Assembly (NCBI GenBank): GCA_016719945.1
Contig: JADJYE010000034.1
Span: 66,244 to 98,243 of the forward strand
Direction: 5' to 3'
DNA length: 32,000 nt
Source of the DNA: Polyangiaceae bacterium
GTDB taxonomy: Bacteria > Myxococcota_A > Polyangia > Polyangiales > Polyangiaceae
Position 1 is the first letter of the stretch; each line of letters begins with the position of its first letter. A program made the translations under genes and the position numbers. The notes beneath the pieces were generated by a model. The model had not been told where the DNA came from and did not search any database. It saw nothing but the letters and a program-made list of their open reading frames with translations. Positions 25,040-32,000 of this stretch are shown here, piece after piece.

Positions 25040-25708
25040 CTATTTCTTCTTGGCAGCAGCCTTCTTCTTGGCAGCAGCCTTCTTCTTGGCAGCAGCCTTC
25101 TTCTTGGCAGCAGCCTTCTTCTTGGGAGCGGCCTTCTTGGGAGCGGCCTTCTTCTTGGGAGCGGCCTTCTTCTTGGGAGCAGCCTTCTTCTTGGGAGCGG
25201 CCTTCTTCTTGGGAGCAGCCTTCTTCTTGGGAGCGGCCTTCTTCTTGGGAGCGGCCTTCTTCTTGGGAGCGGCTTTCTTCTTGGCTGGGCCCGCGGTCGA
25301 GGCTGCTGGGCTGCCGAAATGGGCGAGCATCGGGTCGAAGTAGAACTGCTTCCAACCGCCCCGGTAGCTCTGGCCTTGGCCGTCGGGGATCTCGGTGTGG
25401 TCGATGGTCACGCGGGTCCCCCCTGCGATCGGCTCGAGGCGAACGACGACCCTCGAGTCGGCGGCGTCAGCCGGAAAATGGCTGGTCCGCCAGCTCTGAA
25501 CGATCTTTCGGTTGGGCTCGAGCTCCAGGTTCTGTCCCCAGATGTATCCGTCCCAAGCCGAGTGTTTGCTGCCCACCGCGTCGTCGATGGTCGCTTCCGC
25601 ACCGGTCATTTCGCGGTGCCCTTCGCTCGACAACCACGTGCGGTAGATCACGTCTGGCGTCTGCGCGAGGTCTACGTACAGTTTGAGTGACTCTGCCATG
25701 CGCGGCAT
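25040..25708 (-). CDS. SRPBCC/AHSA1-like domain protein fused to a histone-H1-like Lys/Ala/Pro repeat tail
   Basis: The N-terminal ~135 aa (LKLYVDLAQTPDVIYRTWLSSEGHREMTG ... RVVVRLEPIAGGTRVTIDHTEIP ... GWKQFYFDPM) look like an Aha1/START-type SRPBCC fold. The C-terminal ~85 aa are KKK(AAPKKK)x7, AAPKK, AAPKKK, (AAAKKK)x4. Start is at ATG 25708 (MPRMAESL), with ATG 25699 as an alternative. Confidence 0.75.
   Translation of the reverse strand: MPRMAESLKLYVDLAQTPDVIYRTWLSSEGHREMTGAEATIDDAVGSKHSAWDGYIWGQNLELEPNRKIVQSWRTSHFPADAADSRVVVRLEPIAGGTRVTIDHTEIPDGQGQSYRGGWKQFYFDPMLAHFGSPAASTAGPAKKKAAPKKKAAPKKKAAPKKKAAPKKKAAPKKKAAPKKKAAPKKKAAPKKAAPKKKAAAKKKAAAKKKAAAKKKAAAKKK
25044..25292. repeat. Tandem array of about 14 units of 18 bp (one 15-bp unit), coding for the KKKAAP/KKKAAA tail
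   Basis: ttcttcttggcagcagcc occurs 4 times (25044-25115). Then ttcttcttgggagcRgcc units run to 25274, including a 15-bp unit at 25134-25148. A degenerate unit lies at 25275-25292. Confidence 0.95.
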
Positions 25709-25722
25709 CGTACCCGACAGGG

Positions 25723-26496
25723 TCAGCCTTGAGGCAATGCGCGCGGCGCGTGGAGCCCCATCACGACCGTCGCCTCCTCGGGCGTGAGGACGGCGATGCG
25801 GCGTGAGCCGTCCGCCGCCTTCAGCCGCAGCGTCTTCATTTCGCCTGGGCCGTCCTCCACCGCCCAATTCGAGGCGGCCACCTTCGCGTCTGCGAGCTCA
25901 CGCAGCTTCAGCGGCGTCGTGAGGGTTGGTGGCACGACGCCCAGCACCTCGAGATCTCGCTCGGGCAGCAGCGACGAGAGGATCTCTTGCGACACGACGC
26001 CCTCGGCGTCGGCGAGGCGCTCCTGGTAGGCGGCCTCGTCGGGTGGGCTCGAGAAGGGCGCCGCGTTCGACGGGTGGAGCAGCGACGGTGGGACCGCGGG
26101 CGGAGCCCCCATCGAGACGGTCCCGTCTGCGGCGACCGAGAACGAGGTGAGCGAGAACTGCCCGACGAACGTCGGCTCGTGCGGCGCGCTGCCGCGCAGC
26201 TCGAGGATCGACAGGGGCGCGTGCAGGCCCTGAGAGACGGCCATGCCCAGCGCGTGGGCGTGACGGTCGGGATCGGAGAAATGGGCGAAGAACCCTCCGC
26301 GACCTCCGATGTGGAGGCTGATGGCGGTCGAGCCTGCGGCGCCCGGCTCGGCCACGACGAAGCCCTGATCTCGCAGCGCATCCATGAACGCGAGCCGGGC
26401 CTTCTCGGGGTGTAGCGACTGCCCGCCGAGCAAGATGCCGCGGCTGTGGTGTGTTTTCGGGGGTTTAGCCCCAGCCTGGCTCTTCGGCTCGACCAT
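25723..26496 (-). CDS. Hypothetical protein (257 aa), no recognisable domain
   Basis: The ORF has high G/C third-position bias. It is co-directional and tightly spaced within the cluster (14 bp to the next gene). The overlapping 198-aa ORF in another frame is Arg/Ser/Pro-rich shadow. Confidence 0.5.
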   Translation of the reverse strand: MVEPKSQAGAKPPKTHHSRGILLGGQSLHPEKARLAFMDALRDQGFVVAEPGAAGSTAISLHIGGRGGFFAHFSDPDRHAHALGMAVSQGLHAPLSILELRGSAPHEPTFVGQFSLTSFSVAADGTVSMGAPPAVPPSLLHPSNAAPFSSPPDEAAYQERLADAEGVVSQEILSSLLPERDLEVLGVVPPTLTTPLKLRELADAKVAASNWAVEDGPGEMKTLRLKAADGSRRIAVLTPEEATVVMGLHAPRALPQG

Positions 26497-26532
26497 CGCG
26501 CCATCGTAGCCTGCGGTAGGGTCGACTCAAGC

Positions 26533-27327
26533 TCACGTTCGGGGAGGGAGCCACGGGGCCCGCGTGCGTACGAGATCGATCACCGCTTGGGGGAGGGCGC
26601 GGCTGGCGAGCGCTGCCGCTCGCCAAGCAGCACCAGGCACGAACAGCTCATCTCCTCGGTCGAGCGCGTCGAGCGCCTCGCTGGCCACGCGCTCGGGCGA
26701 CATCATCACGCCGAGGCGCTTCGCGAGCCTCACCGCCGCGTGCTCCGAGCTGTAGAGCGCCGTGTCGACAGGCCCCGGCGCCAGGCACGTCACGCCGACT
26801 CCATAGACCCCGAGCTCGCTGCGCAGCGAGCTCGCGAAGCCCATGAGGTACTTCTTGCTCGCCCCGTAGTAGCCGATCCCCGGCATGTCCCTGAACGCGG
26901 ACAGGCTGGACACGATCAAGATCCTTCCGGACCGCCGCGCACGCATCTCACGTCCGAAGAACGTCGACAGCAGGGACGGCGTCACGACGTGAAGCTCCAA
27001 CAGGCTGGCCGCGCGCTCGGGATCCGCGTCCACCACCTCGCCAAAGAAGAAGAGGCCAGCGTTGTTGATCAGGACGTCGACGCGCTCTCCGTCTCGCGTG
27101 ACGCGCGCATGCAGCTCCGCCGCTGCCTCACGGCGCGCGAGATCGAGGGCGATCGGCCGAGCGCGCACCCCCCACTCGCGGGCGAGGTCCTGAGCGACGG
27201 CGTTCAGCGGCGCCTCGCGGTTGCTCACCAAGAGCAGGTCGTGGCCGCGCGCGGCCAGGCTCTTCGCCAGCGCCAGGCCGATCCCCGAGCACGCTCCGGT
27301 GACCAGCGCCGTCCGCGTCGCGCTCAC
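26533..27327 (-). CDS. SDR family oxidoreductase
   Basis: GTG start at 27327 overlaps the upstream stop (GTGA). TALVTGACSGIGLALA is the TGxxxGxG motif, NNAG is present, and YYGASKKY is the catalytic YxxxK. Confidence 0.85.
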   Translation of the reverse strand: MSATRTALVTGACSGIGLALAKSLAARGHDLLLVSNREAPLNAVAQDLAREWGVRARPIALDLARREAAAELHARVTRDGERVDVLINNAGLFFFGEVVDADPERAASLLELHVVTPSLLSTFFGREMRARRSGRILIVSSLSAFRDMPGIGYYGASKKYLMGFASSLRSELGVYGVGVTCLAPGPVDTALYSSEHAAVRLAKRLGVMMSPERVASEALDALDRGDELFVPGAAWRAAALASRALPQAVIDLVRTRAPWLPPRT

Positions 27328-28550
27328 GCCGACCTCGCGGGACGGACGAAGCGCGCGAGGTTCGCGGGCGGTGGCTCGACCTGTGAGCACGCCATGTGGG
27401 TGCCGTAGATGCGCGCCGCGCAGTAGTTGCAATGGTCACACGGCGAGGCAGCCTCCGCTTCGGCCTCCATCCTTCGCACGAAGTCCGGCTCGCGGATCAG
27501 CGCCCGGGCGATCGCCACCGCGTCGAAGCCTGCGTCGAGGGCGCGCTCTGCGGTCGCCCGCGAGGTCACTCCGCCGATGTACACCAGCGGCATCTTCACC
27601 TCCGCTCGCACGCGGATCGCGTCCTGCAAGAAATACAGGTCTTCGTACGGGACCTCGGGGACCAGATACGGACCTGCAGCCCGGATGAACGGCGAGAGCA
27701 GCCGGTTGTTCGCCTGCTCGGCCATGACCGGGATCGGCATGGCGCCGCGCATGATGTACATCGGCGAGCGGCTGACAAAGCCGCCCGACAACACCAGCGC
27801 GTGCGCGCCGTCGCGCTCGAGGACCTTCGCGATCTCGATCGCCTCATCGAGCGTCTGGCCACCGGCGAAGCCGTCCGAGAGGTTCATCTTCACGAGCACC
27901 GCCGTGCTCCCAGACCCGCCGCCCAGGACCGCGCCGATCACCTCCCGCAGCAGGCGCATCCTCCGGTCGAGGGGCCCGCCGTAGTCGTCGTCGCGCCGGT
28001 TGGTCTTTGGGCTCAAGAACTGGCTGATGAGGTACCCGTGCCCCGCGTGGACCTCGACTGCATCGAAGCCCGCGTCTTGCGCGGTGCGCGTCGCGACGCC
28101 GAAACAGGAGACGACCCGCGCGAGGTCCGACCGGTCCATCGAGCGAGGCCACGTAGGGCCATACAGGTTGGGGCGGGCCGACGGCGCGATGGGGCGCTCT
28201 CCCGTCACCGAGCGCTTCGCCATGTTCCCGGCGTGGCCGATCTGAATGGAGGCCTTCGCGCCGTGCGCGTGGATGCGCGCGGTGAGCCGCGCGAGCTCGG
28301 GCACGATCTCGGGCCGCAAGAGCAGCTGATGGCCGAACGAGAGACCGCCCCGGGCCACGGCCGCGTAGGCCACGGTCGTCATCCCCACCCCTCCCGCCGC
28401 GACCGCCTCGTGGTACTCGGCGAGCGCTGGGGTCGGCGCGTTGCCCGCCGCCATCCCCTCGAAGGCCGCAGCGCGGATCGTTCGGTTTCGGAGCTCGATC
28501 GGCCCGAGGCGCAGCGGCGTGAAGAGGCGAGTGCGGGGGGCGTTGGTCAT
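27324..28550 (-). CDS. Old Yellow Enzyme-family NADH:flavin oxidoreductase with a FadH/TMADH-type Cys cluster motif at the C-terminus
   Basis: N-terminus LFTPLRLGPIELRNRTIRAAAFEG ... IQIGHAGN ... FDAVEVHAGHGYLISQFLSP is the typical OYE TIM barrel. The C-terminal CDHCNYCAARIYGTHMAC (C-x2-C-x2-C-x10-C, 27387-27440) resembles the 4Fe-4S site of 2,4-dienoyl-CoA reductase and trimethylamine dehydrogenase. Confidence 0.85.
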   Translation of the reverse strand: MTNAPRTRLFTPLRLGPIELRNRTIRAAAFEGMAAGNAPTPALAEYHEAVAAGGVGMTTVAYAAVARGGLSFGHQLLLRPEIVPELARLTARIHAHGAKASIQIGHAGNMAKRSVTGERPIAPSARPNLYGPTWPRSMDRSDLARVVSCFGVATRTAQDAGFDAVEVHAGHGYLISQFLSPKTNRRDDDYGGPLDRRMRLLREVIGAVLGGGSGSTAVLVKMNLSDGFAGGQTLDEAIEIAKVLERDGAHALVLSGGFVSRSPMYIMRGAMPIPVMAEQANNRLLSPFIRAAGPYLVPEVPYEDLYFLQDAIRVRAEVKMPLVYIGGVTSRATAERALDAGFDAVAIARALIREPDFVRRMEAEAEAASPCDHCNYCAARIYGTHMACSQVEPPPANLARFVRPARSA

Positions 28551-28554
28551 CGGG

Positions 28555-30462
28555 TCACCGGTCGATCAGCCCACGCACGGCCGCGAGCAGCTCCTGCGGT
28601 CGGAACGGCTTCTGGAGGAACCGCCTCGAGAGCGACGAGCCGCCGAGGTGGTCGGTGGCTTCGCTGTAGCCGGAGATCAGCAAGACTCCCAGGTCCTTCT
28701 GCCTGCCGGTGAGCTCGTTCGCGAGCGCGGCGCCGCCGAGGTGAGGCATGACGACGTCGGTCACCAGGAGATCGAACGGCCCCTCGGCCTCGAACACCGC
28801 CAGCGCTTCGCGAGGATCCCCGGTACACCGCACTCGATACCCGTGTGAAGAGAGGGTCCGCTCGATCGCTCGTCGAACGAGGTCTTCGTCCTCGACGACG
28901 AGGATGCGCTCCCCCCGCGCGCCGACCGACTCGTTGGGCTTGCCCTCCGAGAGCGAGCTTCCAAGGTCGAGCTGGGCCGGCAAGTAGACGGAGAACGTCG
29001 TCTCCTCTTGGGGCCGGCTCTCTACGGTGATCTGGCCGCCGTTCTGCTTCGCGATCCCGTAGCAGGTCGCGAGGCCGAGCCCGGTCCCGCCTGGTCGCGT
29101 GGTAAAAAATGGCTCGAAGACGTGCGACAAGACGTCGGGGGCGATGCCGTGGCCGCTGTCGGTGACCCGGATCCTGACGTAGCGCCCAGCCGATATCGAG
29201 GCCGTGTGGGCGTGCTCTGCGTCGATCTCGACGTCGTCGGTCGCCACCCGGAGCGAGCCTCCAGCGGGCATCGCGTCCCGGGCGTTCGTGGCGAGGTTGA
29301 GGAAGATTTGCTCGAGCTGGCTCGGATCGATCCGCACGCGGCCTCGCGCTGCGCACGAGAAGGACACCGCGATGTGCTCACCGATGACTCGCCTGAGGAG
29401 CACCTCGATGCGCCCGACGACCTCGCTGGGCGCGACGATCTGAGGCTCGATCACCTGCCGGCGCGCGAACGCGAGCAGCTGCGCCGTGAGCGCTGCGCTG
29501 CGCTCCGCCGCCACCTTGATCTCGGACAAGAGCGGCTCGAGCTCAGGGTCTTTCGTCGTCCTCGTCGCCACGTCGAGGTTGATCAACATCGCGGCCAGCA
29601 TGTTGTTGAAGTCGTGCGCGATGCCCCCCGCGAGCCTGCCGATCGACTCCATCTTCTCGGCCTCGACCAGGCGCGCCTCGAGCGCTCGGCGTTCGGTGAT
29701 GTCGACCACGCTGCCGATGACGCGGTTCGTGCCGTGTTTGGTCTCGAGCCGCTTGCCCGACGCGCTCACCCAGCGGACCGACCGATCGGGGAGCAGGATG
29801 CGGTGCTCGATGGGGCCATACGATCCAGTCCCCAGGCCACGCTGGATCTCCGCGCCCACCCGCTCTCGGTCGTCGGGGTGGATGCGCTCGGCGAACAATC
29901 GCTCACGCTCCGGCGCGGGCACGGAGGGCTCGACCCCGAAGATCTGGCGCGTGGTGTCGTCCCACTCCGCGGAGCTCGTCTCGGCGTCGAAGTGCCAGGT
30001 CCCCATGCGGCTGGCGTCGAGCGCGACCTGGAGCCGGGTCTGGCTGTCGCGCAGGCGGTCCATCGTCTCGACCAGCTCCGTCACGTCGGTGGCGACCACG
30101 ACCAGTGACGTGACGGCGCCGTCTTCCAGGATGGGGCTGATCTGCGTGACATAGTGGCCGAGCTTATCGGTGGATACCGGGCCCACCATCGAGAAGGTCT
30201 GCGTCTCCCGGGTGCGAGCGACCTGCTCCCTCGCGCTCTTGTGGACGTGGACGACGTCGGGTTGGAGGTACCCGTCGATGTGCGTCCCAACGACGTCCTC
30301 GGCTCGGTAGCCTGGCGCCACCCGATTGATGTAGAGGATCCGCCCGTCGAGGGTTACGCGCATGATGAGCGACGAGGCGCTCGCGACCATCGCCGCGAGA
30401 CGCGCGATCTCGGCCTCGAGCTCGGCGCCCGGTCGCGGAGCGTCTTTCATCGAGAGGGGCAT
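28555..30462 (-). CDS. Cytoplasmic PAS-domain hybrid sensor histidine kinase with a C-terminal receiver domain
   Basis: Start ATG at 30462 (MPLSMKD), with 30450 as an alternative. There are two PAS-like segments (LDGRILYINRVAPGY ... and MGTWHFDAETSSAEWDD ... IHPDD ... VIGSVVDITERR). The H-box is GGIAHDFNNML. HATPase N/G boxes are NLATNARDAM, DSGHGI and GTGLGLATCYG. The receiver is ILVVEDEDLV ... LLVTDVVMP ... KPF. No transmembrane segment. The 260 codons upstream in the ORF track overlap the AraC gene and were discarded. Confidence 0.85.
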   Translation of the reverse strand: MPLSMKDAPRPGAELEAEIARLAAMVASASSLIMRVTLDGRILYINRVAPGYRAEDVVGTHIDGYLQPDVVHVHKSAREQVARTRETQTFSMVGPVSTDKLGHYVTQISPILEDGAVTSLVVVATDVTELVETMDRLRDSQTRLQVALDASRMGTWHFDAETSSAEWDDTTRQIFGVEPSVPAPERERLFAERIHPDDRERVGAEIQRGLGTGSYGPIEHRILLPDRSVRWVSASGKRLETKHGTNRVIGSVVDITERRALEARLVEAEKMESIGRLAGGIAHDFNNMLAAMLINLDVATRTTKDPELEPLLSEIKVAAERSAALTAQLLAFARRQVIEPQIVAPSEVVGRIEVLLRRVIGEHIAVSFSCAARGRVRIDPSQLEQIFLNLATNARDAMPAGGSLRVATDDVEIDAEHAHTASISAGRYVRIRVTDSGHGIAPDVLSHVFEPFFTTRPGGTGLGLATCYGIAKQNGGQITVESRPQEETTFSVYLPAQLDLGSSLSEGKPNESVGARGERILVVEDEDLVRRAIERTLSSHGYRVRCTGDPREALAVFEAEGPFDLLVTDVVMPHLGGAALANELTGRQKDLGVLLISGYSEATDHLGGSSLSRRFLQKPFRPQELLAAVRGLIDR

Positions 30463-30503
30463 CTCACTTCGCCATCCTAGCGGACCAAGGACCCCTGCGT
30501 CGC

Positions 30504-31385
30504 TCATGCCCGGATCGCGTCGCGCACCACCGTCGGGACCGGGAGCTTCGCGTCGCGGAACGCGCGGGCCATCGCCTCGACGCTGCCATAGCCCGCTGCA
30601 CGAGCCACCTCCGAGATGGGGAGCCCGGAGGCCGAGAGGCCGAGCAGCGCCGTCTTCAACCGCAGCCGGCGGGTGGTCTCGCGCCAGCTCCGGTCGGGGA
30701 GGCGGAAGGTCTGCACGAAGCCTTCGATGTCTCTCGCGAGCTGGCGCAGCGACAGGCCGGACAGCCCCGCCAGATCGTCGAGCGAGGGTAGGAACGAGCG
30801 CTTCTCGGCGAGCGGGCGCACGCTGGACCAAATGCGCGCGAAGCGAGGGTCCTCGTCGCTCGTGCTGGCCTCCAGCTCGGGCGACGCGAGCCCGCTCGCG
30901 GCGAGCGCGCCGAGCAGCGCGCGCACCGCTGGGCCCAGGTGCCCGAGGCCCTGCCCCGCGGCCTCGCGCAGCGCGCCGGCCGCCTCCCACGTCGCCGGCG
31001 TCAGCTCTACCGACTCGACCCGGCCCGCCTCGGTGCTCGTGAGATCCGAGGGCGCGGCGCGGACCTCGAGGGAGCGAAAGCGGTGGCCACGCGTCCGGAA
31101 CGCGGTCACGTCGCGGCCAGCTGCTCCCTCGAAGGTGTCCTCGTTCAGCTTGAACGCGGCCGGTCCCCGGTGCTTCACCGGCGGGGCGGACAGGATCTCG
31201 ATGTCGCCCTCGAGCACCAGGTACAGCATCGCGTTGTCGCAACGCGCGGCCGGGGCTGGGACGAACCGCGTGTCGTAGGCGAGGTCGGTCCGGTCGACGA
31301 GGTGCATCGTGAAGCGTCGCTCGAACACGAAGGTGCCCTGGAACGACCCGTCACCGAGCTGTCTGCGCGCATTCGCGGCGAACAT
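30504..31385 (-). CDS. AraC-family transcriptional regulator
   Basis: C-terminal double HTH: LDDLAGLSGLSLRQLARDIEGFVQTF and ISEVARAAGYGSVEAMARAFRDA. The N-terminal ~190 aa form a ligand/cupin-like region. ATG at 31385 is preceded by GGTGA. Confidence 0.75.
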   Translation of the reverse strand: MFAANARRQLGDGSFQGTFVFERRFTMHLVDRTDLAYDTRFVPAPAARCDNAMLYLVLEGDIEILSAPPVKHRGPAAFKLNEDTFEGAAGRDVTAFRTRGHRFRSLEVRAAPSDLTSTEAGRVESVELTPATWEAAGALREAAGQGLGHLGPAVRALLGALAASGLASPELEASTSDEDPRFARIWSSVRPLAEKRSFLPSLDDLAGLSGLSLRQLARDIEGFVQTFRLPDRSWRETTRRLRLKTALLGLSASGLPISEVARAAGYGSVEAMARAFRDAKLPVPTVVRDAIRA

Positions 31386-31481
31386 CCGTCACCATCGGTA
31401 CCACACCGACACTGGCAGAAACTATCTGGGGGAAGCTCCTACTCGCCCTCCGTAGGGTGCGGCACAACTTCGGAGGTCATC
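31386..31481. promoter_or_regulatory. Divergent intergenic region between the AraC regulator and a small lipoprotein gene; SD GGAGG at 31472-31476
   Basis: 96-bp gap between divergent starts. GGAGG lies 5 nt before ATG 31482. Promoters are inferred from position only. Confidence 0.35.
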
Positions 31482-31823
31482 ATGAACCGCTCGTCCACCA
31501 CGCTCGCTGCGCTCGCCGTCATCGCCACCCTCGTCGCCTGCGGTGACAAGTCGGAAGGGGCCGCCTCCGGCTCTGCGTCGGCGACTGACAAGGTCGCGCA
31601 GGAGGCCTACGACTTCTCCACGAAGTGGGACGAGGCGTGCAAGCAGGAGGACAAGAAGAAGGCCGCCGCGGACGCCCAGCTGGTCATCGACGAGGCCGTG
31701 AAGAACCCGGTGTTCAAAGAGGCATACGAGGCCGAGGACCCCAAGAAGTACGCGGACGCCTGCGGTCGCATGATGCGCGTCTCCACGCGCGCCACCCTCT
31801 CGAAGAAGCTCAAGGGCAGCTGA
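31482..31823 (+). CDS. Small Lys/Glu/Ala-rich lipoprotein, unknown function
   Basis: ATG at 31482 has a strong SD. MNRSSTTLAALAVIATLVAC is a signal peptide plus lipobox. Length is 113 aa. The 181 codons upstream in the ORF track are antisense to the AraC gene and were discarded. Confidence 0.6.
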   Translation: MNRSSTTLAALAVIATLVACGDKSEGAASGSASATDKVAQEAYDFSTKWDEACKQEDKKKAAADAQLVIDEAVKNPVFKEAYEAEDPKKYADACGRMMRVSTRATLSKKLKGS

Positions 31824-31830
31824 GCACCGC

Positions 31831-32000
31831 TCAGTGCAGCTCGCGCGAGATGCTGCGCTGATCCACCAGCACGAGCCGATCGAACGGGGCGTCGATCGCG
31901 GTGACGGCGAGGCGCTCGCCGTCCGGCGAGACGGCCGCGACGCGCAGCCCATGGTGCGACTCGAAGCTCGCGAGCCACGGGCTCGGTAGCCGGGTGCTCT
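31831..32000 (-). CDS. 3' end of a gene entering from the right edge; beta-propeller (TolB/WD40-like) repeat-like C-terminus
   Basis: The minus-strand frame ending at TGA (31833-31831) reads ...SPWLASFESHHGLRVAAVSPDGERLAVTAIDAPFDRLVLVDQRSISRELH*. Nearly all third positions are G/C. SPDGxxLA is the hallmark of TolB-type propeller blades. It is not in the ORF track because its start lies outside the window. Confidence 0.5.
   Translation of the reverse strand, partial: STRLPSPWLASFESHHGLRVAAVSPDGERLAVTAIDAPFDRLVLVDQRSISRELH

Noticed and set aside
25044-25292. Regular 18-bp repeats, considered as a CRISPR-like or noncoding satellite array
   Set aside because: The units are contiguous with no spacers. 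They are in frame with and continuous with the SRPBCC ORF, and every unit length is a multiple of 3. This is a coding low-complexity tail.
1-32000. Genomic island or mobile element borders (tRNA, integrase, inverted or direct repeats at the flanks)
   Set aside because: I recognised no integrase, transposase or tRNA, and no flanking repeats. Composition looks uniformly high-GC by eye, apart from mildly lower GC in the transglutaminase lipoprotein gene, which I could not quantify.

Overview
This is a densely coding chromosomal segment of roughly 70% G+C (judged by eye, not computed). I call 28 protein-coding genes, two of them cut by the window edges. I could not recognise any rRNA, tRNA, transposase, integrase, CRISPR array or prophage genes. 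A MYXO-CTERM sorting tail, many lipobox lipoproteins, a Hanks-type Ser/Thr kinase and an ECF sigma factor point to a Myxococcota-type genome (inference).

Gene order, left to right:
- SDR fragment, DUF4166 protein, beta-carbonic anhydrase, SDR, CAP-domain lipoprotein.
- Membrane ferritin-like protein, M23 peptidase with MYXO-CTERM, transglutaminase-like lipoprotein.
- boxB-boxA (benzoyl-CoA epoxidase).
- A complete mukF-mukE-mukB-type condensin operon.
- ODP/flavodiiron-like MBL protein, ECF sigma and a soluble ZAS anti-sigma.
- A 1099-aa kinase with a C-terminal catalytic domain, and a lyase-like lipoprotein.
- A small lipoprotein plus an ORC/Cdc6-like ATPase whose Walker A lysine is missing.
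- A long minus-strand cluster: AraC regulator, PAS hybrid histidine kinase, OYE flavoprotein with a 4Fe-4S motif, SDR, hypothetical protein, and an SRPBCC protein with a histone-H1-like KKKAAP tail.
- A small lipoprotein and a beta-propeller-like gene fragment.

Six gene junctions show 4-nt start/stop overlaps (GTGA or ATGA): mukF/E, mukE/B, boxB/A, sigma/anti-sigma and OYE/SDR. These support the operon calls and the trimmed start sites.

The observations most worth follow-up are:
- the canonical-looking MukFEB operon outside Gammaproteobacteria, with no JetD/MksG partner;
- the orphan boxBA pair without boxC;
- the SRPBCC-H1-tail fusion, encoded by about 14 tandem 18-bp units;
- the diiron-MBL/ECF/ZAS module;
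- the kinase and pseudo-ATPase neighbourhood.

All homology statements rest on motif recognition by eye and recalled reference sequences. No database search was run.
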